A stretch of DNA of 64,000 nt from Candidatus Obscuribacteraceae bacterium (GCA_044229845.1 JBGASG010000001.1:480001-544000); one strand, 5' to 3'; positions 38,326 to 47,837 are shown, numbered from the stretch's first letter. The notes: a model not told the origin generated them from the letters alone. Numbers and translations are program-made.

Positions 38326-39366
38326 GTGCCCCCACTGAAGATCTTTGTCACCGGAGCCACCGGCATGGTGGGACTGCATATCGCGCAACACATGCTGGAA
38401 AAAGGTCATCAAGTGACAGCGCTGGTGAGGCGCTCAAGCGATACATCCAAGTTGAAGATCTTGCCTGGCAAACTCGACATTCGCACCACCGAACTCGACA
38501 ATGCCAATAATGTCGGCAATCTGATGAAGGGACACGACGTTGTAATTCATTGCGCCGGGTCCGTGGATCCGCATGCGACTCGGGAAGAGATATTTGGTGT
38601 CAACGTCGGCGCCACTGAGATTGCTCTGCGCGCGGCGATCGATGCGGGCATCAAACAGTTTATCCACATGAGCAGCCTGTCTGTGATTACCGGACAGGAA
38701 GACCAGTTCAACGTCGATGAAAACGCGCCGCTGCGCACTTGCGGCGAGGCTTATGCCGACTCGAAAGTAGAAGCTGAAAAGCTGGTGATCAGTCTGGCCG
38801 GCACCGGACACCTGCGCGTCACCGTACTGCGTCCCGGCTTTATCTATGGACCGGGCGAACGAGCCTGGATGCCGCGTCTGATCAAAAATATCGCTTCCGG
38901 CAAAGCGATGCTGATCGACGGCGGCAAGAAAGAAACCAACGTCATCTACGTGGGAAATCTCTGCAAAGCTGCCGAACTGGCATTGCTCAACGAAAAGTCA
39001 TTCAATCGCGTTTATAACCTCACCGACGGACAGAAGGTGAGCAAGAAGGATCTGTTTGATGCCATCGCTGACGGGCTCGGATTGCCGCGCATCAAGAAGA
39101 CCATTCCCTCGGCGATTGCGCGCCCGGTCTGCGAGATTGTCTCCAACATTGCTCCCATGTTGTCGCCGGAAAAACGCCAGGAGCTGTCCCGCTTCTCACG
39201 CGCTGCTTACAGGCTGGCCGGCATCAATCAAGGCTTTTCGATCGCTCGCGCCGAAACAGAGCTCGGCTATACCAACCGCGTACCTTTTACAGAAGGTATG
39301 GCCAAAACGCTGGAAAGCTTTCAGGTACCGGGCGGCAGTCAGAATTTCGTGCAATCTGGAAGATAG
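38326..39366 (+). CDS. Extended SDR, 3-beta-HSD/OleD-like NAD(P)-dependent oxidoreductase
   Basis: VTGATGMVG, HMSS, YADSK, LRPGFIYGPG. Confidence 0.88.
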   Translation: MPPLKIFVTGATGMVGLHIAQHMLEKGHQVTALVRRSSDTSKLKILPGKLDIRTTELDNANNVGNLMKGHDVVIHCAGSVDPHATREEIFGVNVGATEIALRAAIDAGIKQFIHMSSLSVITGQEDQFNVDENAPLRTCGEAYADSKVEAEKLVISLAGTGHLRVTVLRPGFIYGPGERAWMPRLIKNIASGKAMLIDGGKKETNVIYVGNLCKAAELALLNEKSFNRVYNLTDGQKVSKKDLFDAIADGLGLPRIKKTIPSAIARPVCEIVSNIAPMLSPEKRQELSRFSRAAYRLAGINQGFSIARAETELGYTNRVPFTEGMAKTLESFQVPGGSQNFVQSGR

Positions 39367-39369
39367 GCA

Positions 39370-39636
39370 GTGCAGGGCGTGAAGGACTTTGTTATCGACT
39401 ACATCGGGCGCCACAAGCATCCGGTCAATGCCATTCTGCACATTTTTGGAGTGCCGCTGGCATTCTATGGATTTGGGCTCTTGTTCTTCGGACAATTCCT
39501 AAATGCGCTGCTCTGTATCTTTTTCGGCTACGTCTTGCAGTGGCTGGGTCATCGTGCGCAAGGCAACGAAGTGGGCGAGGTGATTCTGATCAAGAAGATC
39601 TATCGCCGCATTACTGGAGGAAAAGCGGTTGGCTAA
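39370..39636 (+). CDS. Short Mpo1/DUF962-like membrane protein
   Basis: Y...H.HPVN..LH..GVP and LQWLGH...GN motifs. Confidence 0.8.
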   Translation: MQGVKDFVIDYIGRHKHPVNAILHIFGVPLAFYGFGLLFFGQFLNALLCIFFGYVLQWLGHRAQGNEVGEVILIKKIYRRITGGKAVG

Positions 39637-40636
39637 AGGCAAAACCGGAATAGTCGCTGTCGACGGTGCCACTGGTTATCTGGGCACTCACTTGATTGCG
39701 CGCTTGCTGGAGCTGGGGCTGCCGGTGCGGGCTCTCGTGCACGCCAAAGCTGATGCTGAAGACCTGGAGGTATTGAAGAGACTGGGGGCCGACGTGCGTG
39801 TCGTGCGTATGGACGGCGGTGATGACAGTCTGGATAAAGCCCTGACTGGTGCAGACGTGGCCGTGCATCTGATCGGTTCGATTGCGCCACGCAAAGGCGA
39901 ACGGCTGGAAGAACTGCATGTCGAACAGACCGGACATCTAGTCGATGCGGCGCGGCGCTGCGCGGTGAGCAAAGTCGTGATGGTGACGGCACTTGGTACG
40001 GCACCGAATGCGGTGAGCGAATATCATCGCACTAAATTCCGCGCCGAAGAAAAAATTCGCAACGGCGGCAGACCGTACATAATACTGCGACCGTCACTGA
40101 TTTTCGGTCGGGTCATCGGACGCCGCGACAGTAAGCTGATTGCCCGCTACATCGACCTGATTCGCACGCGCTCTTCGGTGCCGATGGTTGGTGGCGGAAC
40201 TAACAAGTTGCAACCCGTGTTTATCAGCGACCTGGTGACTGCACTGGTGCAAAGTGTGACCAGCGACGATTTCAACGGCCAGATTCTGGAGATCGGCGGC
40301 GCCGATGTCTTTACTATGAGAGAGATCGTCGAGACGTTGATGCGCACGCTCAACATCGAGAAGAAGATCAGCGATCTGCCGCCGCCGGTGGCAGGAGTGG
40401 TGGCTTTCTTCTGCGAGACTTTCCAGAGCGATCGCCCCACGTTGAGCAGCGACCAGGTGCGACTGGCGCAAGTCGACAACGTGTGCACGAGCAATGCGTT
40501 GATTTCAAAATTTGGTGTCACTCCTGTCTCCCTGCGTGACGGCTTGCGTACTTACGTAGGCAGCGCCGGCGGGTCGGCAGGTACAAATGGTCCGGCTGCC
40601 TCTAAGGACGATCAGCCGACACCGGTATCCCACTAG
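39629..40636 (+). CDS. Atypical SDR, NDUFA9-like NAD(P)-binding oxidoreductase
   Basis: DGATGYLG, HLIGSI, TALG, YHRTK, LRPSLIFG, LQPVFISD. Confidence 0.85.
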   Translation: MAKGKTGIVAVDGATGYLGTHLIARLLELGLPVRALVHAKADAEDLEVLKRLGADVRVVRMDGGDDSLDKALTGADVAVHLIGSIAPRKGERLEELHVEQTGHLVDAARRCAVSKVVMVTALGTAPNAVSEYHRTKFRAEEKIRNGGRPYIILRPSLIFGRVIGRRDSKLIARYIDLIRTRSSVPMVGGGTNKLQPVFISDLVTALVQSVTSDDFNGQILEIGGADVFTMREIVETLMRTLNIEKKISDLPPPVAGVVAFFCETFQSDRPTLSSDQVRLAQVDNVCTSNALISKFGVTPVSLRDGLRTYVGSAGGSAGTNGPAASKDDQPTPVSH

Positions 40637-40644
40637 GAGTCGCA

Positions 40645-41649
40645 GTGAAAATCGTTGTTACCGGAGCCAGCGGCTTTTTTGGAGTGAGCCTGGTATCGCG
40701 TCTGGTTTCTCTCGGGCATGACGTCACCACATTCGGCAGGTCGCCTGCGGTGGCGCCGCAATTGAAACACCTGAACGTAGCCCATCTGCGGGGCGACGTC
40801 GAAGAACCAGCGTCTCTCCCTCCCATGTTTACCGACTGCGATGTGTTGTTTCATATGGCTGGACTGGTGTCCTACCGGCGAGCCGACCGGGACAAACTAT
40901 ATAAAGTGAATGTGGACGGAACGCGCAATGTCATGAAGGCGGCCCTGTCTGCAAAGCGCACACCGCGCATCATTCACCTCGCTTCCATTGCTGGAATGGG
41001 CATCCCGCCTGACGGCGAGATTGGCGACGAATCGCTGGCATACAATCTGGATGGTCTGAGCCTTTTTTATTGCGACACCAAGCATGAAGGCGAGATGATC
41101 GTGCTTGATATGGCACGGCAGCAGGGACTGCCTGTGATTTCCCTCAACCCCGGTATTACATTCGGTGAGGGTGATACACATCCGCACCACCACACGATCT
41201 TTGCGTCAATGGCGCGCGGCGTGCTGCTCGGCTATCCGGTGGGCGGCGTGATGTTCTCCGACATCCGCGACATAGTCGATACTTCTATCAATGCGATGAC
41301 GATGGGACAGTTCGGCGAGCGCTATGTTGTGGGCAGTGCCAACATGACCTTCCGCGACGCATCCTTTGTGTTGTCGCAAGTGATCGGGTCGAAACCGCCA
41401 CCGTTCCCTATTCCGGGTTGGGTTGCCCTATCTGCCGGCTCAGCCTGCGAGGCCGTGCTACCACTTTTCGGGCGCAAACCGCCACTGACCCGCGCCGTCT
41501 CCTGGCTATCGCAGCGGAAGATATTCTTTTCGTCCGACAAGGCCATTAAAGAACTCGGGCACAAGCAAACGCCTTTTGAAGAAACGGTGCGTCGCACCGC
41601 TCCTTATTACCTGCAATCCTCCGGCAAAGCCATCGCCGCCAGCCACTAA
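40645..41649 (+). CDS. Extended SDR, HpnA/dihydroflavonol-reductase-like
   Basis: VTGASGFFG, FHMAG, VNVDGTRNV, YCDTK, FSSDKAIKELG. Confidence 0.88.
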   Translation: MKIVVTGASGFFGVSLVSRLVSLGHDVTTFGRSPAVAPQLKHLNVAHLRGDVEEPASLPPMFTDCDVLFHMAGLVSYRRADRDKLYKVNVDGTRNVMKAALSAKRTPRIIHLASIAGMGIPPDGEIGDESLAYNLDGLSLFYCDTKHEGEMIVLDMARQQGLPVISLNPGITFGEGDTHPHHHTIFASMARGVLLGYPVGGVMFSDIRDIVDTSINAMTMGQFGERYVVGSANMTFRDASFVLSQVIGSKPPPFPIPGWVALSAGSACEAVLPLFGRKPPLTRAVSWLSQRKIFFSSDKAIKELGHKQTPFEETVRRTAPYYLQSSGKAIAASH

Positions 41650-42497
41650 TTGTCGTAGATGCGGTGGGCGCCGGTATAGATGTTGAAACGGTCGTTGCGG
41701 ACGAAACCTATTAAAGTCATGTCGCATTCGGCTGCCAGTTGCACGGCGAGGCTGGATGGTGCGCCCACCGCGACGAGCACCGGTAGACCGGCATGAGCAG
41801 CTTTCTGTACCAACTCGAAACTGGCTCTACCGCTCACTAGCAGTATGTGATTCGTGAGGGGCATCTGGTGAGAGAGAAACATGTTGCCCAGCACTTTGTC
41901 GAGTGCGTTGTGCCTGCCGATATCCTCTCTCAAGTCCAGCAGGTTTCCTTCGGCATCGAACAGGCAGGACGCATGGGTGCCTCCGGTGCGGTTGAACTCG
42001 GACTGATGTCTGAGAAGCGCCGACGGTAGTCCCTGGATGAGCTGTGGAGTTGCACGCGGAACGTCTTGGTGGCACTGGAAGTTTCGTTTCACGCGCACGG
42101 CGGCGATGGACCTCTTGCCGCAGACACCGCAACTCGATGCGACGAACGAATGGCGGTCGAGCACGGATGAATCAACCTGGACATCGCGTTTGAGATGGAC
42201 GGTGACCACGTTGCACTTGTCGTTGCAGAGGATCCTATCTACGGCACTTGCATCGTGGATGATGCCTTCGGTAAAGAGGAAACCGATTGCCAGTTCCGGA
42301 TCGTTGCCGGGAGTTCGCATGGTAACGGCGACGGGAATCGAATCTGAGTCGGGTTGCGCAATTAGGATCTCCAGCGGTTCTTCAACGCTGATGTCGTCTT
42401 GATCTGCGAGCGCCGAGTCCGCGTTGTATCTCAGAACTTCGTGTTGCCAGACGCTCGCGGAGCGAGTTTCTTCAGAGACGGTACTGCATTTAATCAT
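41646..42497 (-). CDS. fdhD: Formate dehydrogenase accessory sulfurtransferase
   Basis: VEEPL, TMRTPG.D.ELAIGFLFTEG, SSCGVCG, REDIGRHNALDK, SGRASFELVQK. Confidence 0.96.
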   Translation of the reverse strand: MIKCSTVSEETRSASVWQHEVLRYNADSALADQDDISVEEPLEILIAQPDSDSIPVAVTMRTPGNDPELAIGFLFTEGIIHDASAVDRILCNDKCNVVTVHLKRDVQVDSSVLDRHSFVASSCGVCGKRSIAAVRVKRNFQCHQDVPRATPQLIQGLPSALLRHQSEFNRTGGTHASCLFDAEGNLLDLREDIGRHNALDKVLGNMFLSHQMPLTNHILLVSGRASFELVQKAAHAGLPVLVAVGAPSSLAVQLAAECDMTLIGFVRNDRFNIYTGAHRIYDN

Positions 42498-44805
42498 GAT
42501 TGCTTGGCACCACCTCCACGATTATCTGTTTCATCATTGGCTGATCGCTCTGTTTGCTGTAGTCGCCGATTGGGCAAAGGACGTTCAACTCCGGCATATA
42601 ACCGGCGGCGCATCCTTTCGGAATGTTGTACTGCACGGCACGAAACGACTGGAGGCGGCGCTGCGAGCCGTCTTTGGCGAAGCTTGTGATATCGATCAAG
42701 TCGAACTCCTTCAACCCCCGTTCGCGCATGTCGTGCTCGTTCATGAACAAGAGGTTGCGCAGTCCCTTCACCCCGCGATAGCGATCGTCGTCTGAGTAGA
42801 TCGTCGTGTTGAACTGATCGTGGGAGCGCATGGTGCTGAGCATCAGCTTGCCTTCTGGCGGCAGCGAATTGTGCAACATCGCACTGCCGAAAGTCGCTTT
42901 GCCGGTGGAAGTCTGGAAGTCCAATCGACGTGCTGCTTGATCGAGGCGAAAACCTAGCGGTTGGCGGACGCGCTTATTGAAATCTTCGAAACCGGCAATT
43001 GCATCAGCCATCTTGTCTCGGATCAGATCGTAGTTGCCGACGTAATTCTTCCAAGGCGTGCGGCTGTCAGGCAAGGTGGAATTAGCCATGCCTGCAATAA
43101 TTGCTGGTTCCGATAGCAGGTGTGACGAGGCCGGCTCGTTCATTCCCACCGACAGGTGCACCATGCTCATCGAGTCTTCTACTGTCACTTGCTGCAAGCC
43201 GGTGGCTTGAAAGTCCTTCTCCGTCCGTCCGAGGCAAGGCAGGATCAACGCATCGGCACCGCGCACCAGATGACTGCGATTCAGTTTTGTGCTGACATGA
43301 ACGGTTAGCTTGCACCGCCGCAAAGCTTCGAAGGTGCGGTCGCGGTCAGGAGTGGCTGACGCGAAGTTTCCTCCCATGCCGACAAAAACCTGAACGTCGC
43401 CGTTATACATTGCTTCGATGGTGCCGACGGTGTCCAGTCCTTTTGCCCGCGGCGACATGATGCCGCATGCCCTGTCCATTCTCGCCAGCCATTCCTCGGG
43501 CGGATGGTGATGGATGCCGCAGGTACGATTACCCTGAACATTACTGTGTCCACGCACAGGGCAGGGACCGGCACCAGAGCGTCCGATGTTGCCGCGCAGG
43601 AGCAGCACGTTGACGATTTCGCGAATTATGTCGACGCCGAATTCTTGCTGTGTGATGCCCAGGCACCAGCTGATGATGCTGGATTTGGACTGCCGATAGA
43701 TTTCCGCGGCTTGCCGAATTTGTTCGATGCTCACGCCGGAGAGATGCTCGATTTCATCCCACGTAGTTTCGCGACATAGCGCTTTGTATTCTGCAAAACC
43801 AGATGTATGTTTCTCGATGAACTGCATGTCGATGCTGGATGCGTCGGTTTCTTGCATCTCGAAAAGATGTTTGGCTATGGCGCGCAAAATTGCCTGATCG
43901 CCACCGATGCGTGGTTGCAGATTGAGTGTACTGGTGGATGTGATGCGGTTGGTGATCATGTCGAATACTTCATGCGGCGTGATGGCGGACCGCGCCGCTG
44001 CTTCGACTAGCGGATTGATATGGACAATTTTCAGACCCCGCTCTTTGACACCATCGACTAGCGCGCTGATCATGCGCGGCGCGTTGGTGGCAGCATTGAC
44101 GCCGATAATAAAGATCGCATCCGACTGCTGCCAGTCGCCGAGATCGACTGTGCCTTTGCCGGTACCCAGAGCCGCCATCAAGGCGCGTCCACTGGCTTCG
44201 TGGCACATATTGGAACAGTCCGGCAAGTTGTTGGTGCCAAATTCTCGGGCGAACAGTTGGTAGAGAAACGTTGCTTCGTTCGACAGTCGTCCTGAGGTGT
44301 AGAAGCTGGCTTGGTGAGGAGATTCGAGCGCGCGCAGGTGTTTGCCGATCAGTGAAAACGCGTCCGCCCATGAAACGGGTTCGTACCGATCGTTGGATGA
44401 GTTGTACAGCATCGGTTCTGTCAGCCTTCCCGCATTCTCCAGCTGGAAGTCGCTCCAGGTGAGGAGTTCGGCAACTGAATGGGCAGCGAAGAAAGCGCGG
44501 TCGGCTCGTTTCTTTGTCATCTCCCAGGTGACATGCTTGATGCCGTTCTCGCAGATGTCCATGCGCAAGCCTTTGCGATCATCCGGCCACGCGCACCCCG
44601 GACAGTCGAAGCCGCCGTTCTCATGATTCATTTTGAAGACGGCGCGCACGCCGTCAATCAGTTCGCCCTGCTCCAGCAAGATTTTGCCGACACTGAACGC
44701 AGCTCCCCATGCTGCCGCTGGATGTTCGTAGTCTTTTTGAGAATACCGCGCCGGTTTCTTGCCGGGTTTTTCAGACCGGTTGCCATGGTCGTCAGACGGG
44801 GCCAT
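42490..44805 (-). CDS. FdhF/YdeP-family molybdopterin oxidoreductase
   Basis: GFDCPGCAWPD, CENG, YTSGRLSNE, TNNLPDCSNMCHEASG, RGHSNVQG, RSHDQFNTTIY. Confidence 0.95.
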   Translation of the reverse strand: MAPSDDHGNRSEKPGKKPARYSQKDYEHPAAAWGAAFSVGKILLEQGELIDGVRAVFKMNHENGGFDCPGCAWPDDRKGLRMDICENGIKHVTWEMTKKRADRAFFAAHSVAELLTWSDFQLENAGRLTEPMLYNSSNDRYEPVSWADAFSLIGKHLRALESPHQASFYTSGRLSNEATFLYQLFAREFGTNNLPDCSNMCHEASGRALMAALGTGKGTVDLGDWQQSDAIFIIGVNAATNAPRMISALVDGVKERGLKIVHINPLVEAAARSAITPHEVFDMITNRITSTSTLNLQPRIGGDQAILRAIAKHLFEMQETDASSIDMQFIEKHTSGFAEYKALCRETTWDEIEHLSGVSIEQIRQAAEIYRQSKSSIISWCLGITQQEFGVDIIREIVNVLLLRGNIGRSGAGPCPVRGHSNVQGNRTCGIHHHPPEEWLARMDRACGIMSPRAKGLDTVGTIEAMYNGDVQVFVGMGGNFASATPDRDRTFEALRRCKLTVHVSTKLNRSHLVRGADALILPCLGRTEKDFQATGLQQVTVEDSMSMVHLSVGMNEPASSHLLSEPAIIAGMANSTLPDSRTPWKNYVGNYDLIRDKMADAIAGFEDFNKRVRQPLGFRLDQAARRLDFQTSTGKATFGSAMLHNSLPPEGKLMLSTMRSHDQFNTTIYSDDDRYRGVKGLRNLLFMNEHDMRERGLKEFDLIDITSFAKDGSQRRLQSFRAVQYNIPKGCAAGYMPELNVLCPIGDYSKQSDQPMMKQIIVEVVPSNHD

Positions 44806-44849
44806 TAAGCAATTTCCTCAGGGGATTGAGGTGCTTATTCTAGTCACAA

Positions 44850-45287
44850 TTAGCCGAGATTGAGCGGCGGAATAATCAGGATGGATGCCTGCGGTTTTTT
44901 GCCGGTTTTGGAGTCGCCAAAGCCGCCTTTAATGCCTGCTGCGCTGGCTTCGGCTGTCTGCACGAATTTTTTTACAGGGCAGGAGGACCCTGTGTCTTCC
45001 AAATTGTTCAGCGTGTCTACGACATCTTTGGATGCTCGCGTGGCTGAGGATATGTAGTCTCCGCCTTTCTCCCTTTCCTCCTTCTTGGTCTGACCGATAT
45101 CGGTCGGGTTATTCCTGAGCGGATTCTTGTGGGTGACGCAGTCGGGAGCAGTAGTAAAAAAGAGAGTTCTAGCGGCTCGAGCTGCAGCGTCGCTGGCAGT
45201 GGCGATTAGTTCTGCGCCGAGACTGGTAGATTCAGCCGACTCATCTACCTTAATGCGAGCCGGAATTCGATCCTGTCCTAACGACAT
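44850..45287 (-). CDS. Hypothetical protein
   Basis: 145 aa ORF filling the gap, SD-like AGGT upstream; no recognised domain. Confidence 0.5.
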   Translation of the reverse strand: MSLGQDRIPARIKVDESAESTSLGAELIATASDAAARAARTLFFTTAPDCVTHKNPLRNNPTDIGQTKKEEREKGGDYISSATRASKDVVDTLNNLEDTGSSCPVKKFVQTAEASAAGIKGGFGDSKTGKKPQASILIIPPLNLG

Positions 45288-45346
45288 GAGATTACCTACG
45301 TTGGTGGGTCAGGGCGGGGGATAGTCGCCTATATACGGCACCGTCC

Positions 45347-45370
45347 TTTTTTGGACACGTGTCGAAAAAA
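45347..45370. promoter_or_regulatory. 24-bp dyad, candidate operator in a divergent intergenic region
   Basis: TTTTTT-G-GACACGTGTC-G-AAAAAA; one mismatched pair. Confidence 0.4.
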
Positions 45371-45429
45371 TGGGCTCTGTGGATAGATCCAGGTGTGGAC
45401 TGGCACCTCACGTGGAGTCCACTTGGCTT

Positions 45430-46881
45430 ATGGCGGAATTGAATTTCTTAGAGCTTGCCCGGGATAAGTTCCAGGCGCCCACGCCCGGTGATGCCCAGCC
45501 ACCAGGGCACGTGGAGAAACTGCAGGAAGACGCGGGGCTCTTCCTGCGAATTACCGATGCCGTGAAGCAGGCGGTAGGGCCAGGCAAACCGGCCGCCAGA
45601 GAAAAGACGGACTGGACGATTGCAATTAATCTGACCACCGACTTTGGCAGCGGTTATGGCGTCAACGCGCGCATGAAGGAACTGCGGGATCTGGCGGAGA
45701 AGACTAAGGGCACTCCGGTGACGCTGGTTGTGCAGGCTGCCTATCCGAGCTATTCGTCGTGGTCGTCGCTGATTTCGATGACACCGGACGGGCACCAGCT
45801 CTACCGCTACATTATTAAAGACGGCAAGATGACCATGGCAGACTCTGTGAAATCGCAGGGGTATGCCAAGGACACAGAGGGTCTTTTGACTTTTACCGGC
45901 AGCCGTTTCGACCCGAAGCGCCTAGGGCTAATTATGGATTCGCATGGACAGGGCAATAAAGGGTTGACTGGCGACACGGGAAAAGCCAGCGTAGCCGAAT
46001 TTGTCGATGCCGTGAAAAAAGGATTGAAGGCGATCGGCAAAGAAAAACTTGATGTCCTGGATTTCGATTGCTGCCTGATGTCCCAGGATGGTGTCGTTGA
46101 TGCACTTAAGGGGTTGGCATCAGATGTGGTGGCATCGCCCGAGACGGAACACATCGCTGGGCAAGTCGTGTCAGGTCCGCTGGAGAAACTGGCGAAGAAT
46201 CCAGCAGCGACATCTGATCAGGTTGCGCGTAGTTTCGTCACTGCATCACAAGATCGGCAGAGGGCGTCCGAACAAATGTGGAAGTGGCTCGAACAACTTG
46301 GCATACCTAAAGGAGATCGAGTCTTAATCAGCACTTTGTCGCATATCAACACTCGCGAGTACACAGATTTTCAGAAAAACCTCGATAAGTTCGGCGACAA
46401 GATGTGCGAGGCTCTCAAGGACGAAAAGAGTCGAGCAGCCATCGAGAAGGCTATTGACGAAACTGCCACCTACGGCGGCAGCGGCTCGTTGCTGTTCTTT
46501 TTGTTCGGAGTCGGAAGCAAGAAATACGACCTGAAGGACTTCACCACGCGTGTGGTAAAGGCTATCGAGGCCGGTGAGATCAAAGATGCTGACGGTTCGC
46601 TGAAAGCCAGTGCGCAAGCGGTTCTGGATAACCGCGCCAAACTGGTCAAAGACTACTTTGGGCACGGCAGGTATGAGGGGTTGGGAGGCATATCGACGTT
46701 TTTGCCCGGGCGGGATTTGCGGGCATCGACCAGAGATCGTGCCGAGTCCACTTATAAGGCAGAACTGGTGCCCAAAGATACCGGCTGGGGACGGTTCCGT
46801 TATGCACTGGTTCCGGAGAAGAAGCAAGAGCCCAATCAACCAGGCAGTTGGTCGTCGTGGTTGCCTTGGGGTAAAAAATAG
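45430..46881 (+). CDS. Clostripain-family (peptidase C11) cysteine protease
   Basis: DWTI, LIMDSHGQG (His), LDFDCCLM (Cys), VASPE, YDL.DF, GIS.FLP, W..F. Confidence 0.8.
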   Translation: MAELNFLELARDKFQAPTPGDAQPPGHVEKLQEDAGLFLRITDAVKQAVGPGKPAAREKTDWTIAINLTTDFGSGYGVNARMKELRDLAEKTKGTPVTLVVQAAYPSYSSWSSLISMTPDGHQLYRYIIKDGKMTMADSVKSQGYAKDTEGLLTFTGSRFDPKRLGLIMDSHGQGNKGLTGDTGKASVAEFVDAVKKGLKAIGKEKLDVLDFDCCLMSQDGVVDALKGLASDVVASPETEHIAGQVVSGPLEKLAKNPAATSDQVARSFVTASQDRQRASEQMWKWLEQLGIPKGDRVLISTLSHINTREYTDFQKNLDKFGDKMCEALKDEKSRAAIEKAIDETATYGGSGSLLFFLFGVGSKKYDLKDFTTRVVKAIEAGEIKDADGSLKASAQAVLDNRAKLVKDYFGHGRYEGLGGISTFLPGRDLRASTRDRAESTYKAELVPKDTGWGRFRYALVPEKKQEPNQPGSWSSWLPWGKK

Positions 46882-46916
46882 TCCCGATAATTGATAGGAT
46901 TGCAGGAGAGGTCTTT

Positions 46917-47837
46917 ATGCCAAGAAAGCTTTCCCTGCATCAACTCGTCTCGGTCGCGCTGATTCTTTTGACTGCCGGGTGTATTTCTTCCAGAAACGTG
47001 CCTGCTGAAGCCAGCAACTCACTTGCCGTTGGCTCGTTATCAAGGGCGGCCGGACCGGTATCCGTGCCTCTCAACGGTCCAGCTGAGTTCAACTGGAAGA
47101 AGCGTGAGGAGATACTGAACATGCGGCGAGCGGCGATTGCGCGTACTCCGCAACTGCTTGCTCATCAATACCAGCCGACCGAAGACATTTTCGAACAAGT
47201 GGAAGACGGTAAACCCTGGTGGGGTTTCGCCGGTGAATGTGTCTACGGCAAGGGCATGGCGAGCATCAAAGGATTCGCCGAAGAATCGCGTTTCGTCCTC
47301 AATCCCTTCATGCTGGTTGCGTGCAACCCTGCCACTCTGGGCATCTGGAACACCAGCAAACTGAATCCCGATCAAATGAACGATCCGCGCTTTCCGTTCT
47401 ATTGGATGCCGGAGTCGCTGGTGTATAAGCCGAAAGAACAGACTGCCGAGCTTACTTACAACATCAGTAATTATCTGCGTGCCGTAAGCGCTCAACCGGC
47501 ACTGGCGACCGAAGCCAGTCAGCTGCGCAAGTTCTCGCTGGTTGCCTATAACGCTCGGGACATGGGCTACAACTTCATTTATCTGGATACGAAGAAGTCG
47601 AAGGATGTAGAGAACGACAATCATCCGCACGATGCGACTTTCATTGGCCAGTTTATTCACTGTGGCGGCACTTGCGGTTACCCGGGCGGTTGCAACAACA
47701 TGAGTCCGTTCATTGCAGAAATCGATAGATGTCGGCTCAACAAATTGCCGGCTTCTGCAGTGATCTATTTGTGGAAGGAACGCCCCGAATCGGTTGAGTC
47801 CAAGCCGGACTTCACGTACTACATTACCTTCAAATAA
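46917..47837 (+). CDS. Hypothetical lipoprotein
   Basis: Lipobox LLTAGC; Cys-rich HCGGTCGYPGGCNN near the C-terminus. Confidence 0.75.
   Translation: MPRKLSLHQLVSVALILLTAGCISSRNVPAEASNSLAVGSLSRAAGPVSVPLNGPAEFNWKKREEILNMRRAAIARTPQLLAHQYQPTEDIFEQVEDGKPWWGFAGECVYGKGMASIKGFAEESRFVLNPFMLVACNPATLGIWNTSKLNPDQMNDPRFPFYWMPESLVYKPKEQTAELTYNISNYLRAVSAQPALATEASQLRKFSLVAYNARDMGYNFIYLDTKKSKDVENDNHPHDATFIGQFIHCGGTCGYPGGCNNMSPFIAEIDRCRLNKLPASAVIYLWKERPESVESKPDFTYYITFK

Noticed and set aside
34544..39366. Interpretation as an oleABCD olefin cluster or a chlorocatechol (cycloisomerase + dienelactone hydrolase) operon
   Set aside because: There is no OleA thiolase and the ligase is GH3, not OleC. There is no ring-cleavage dioxygenase, and the hydrolase is lysophospholipase-like.
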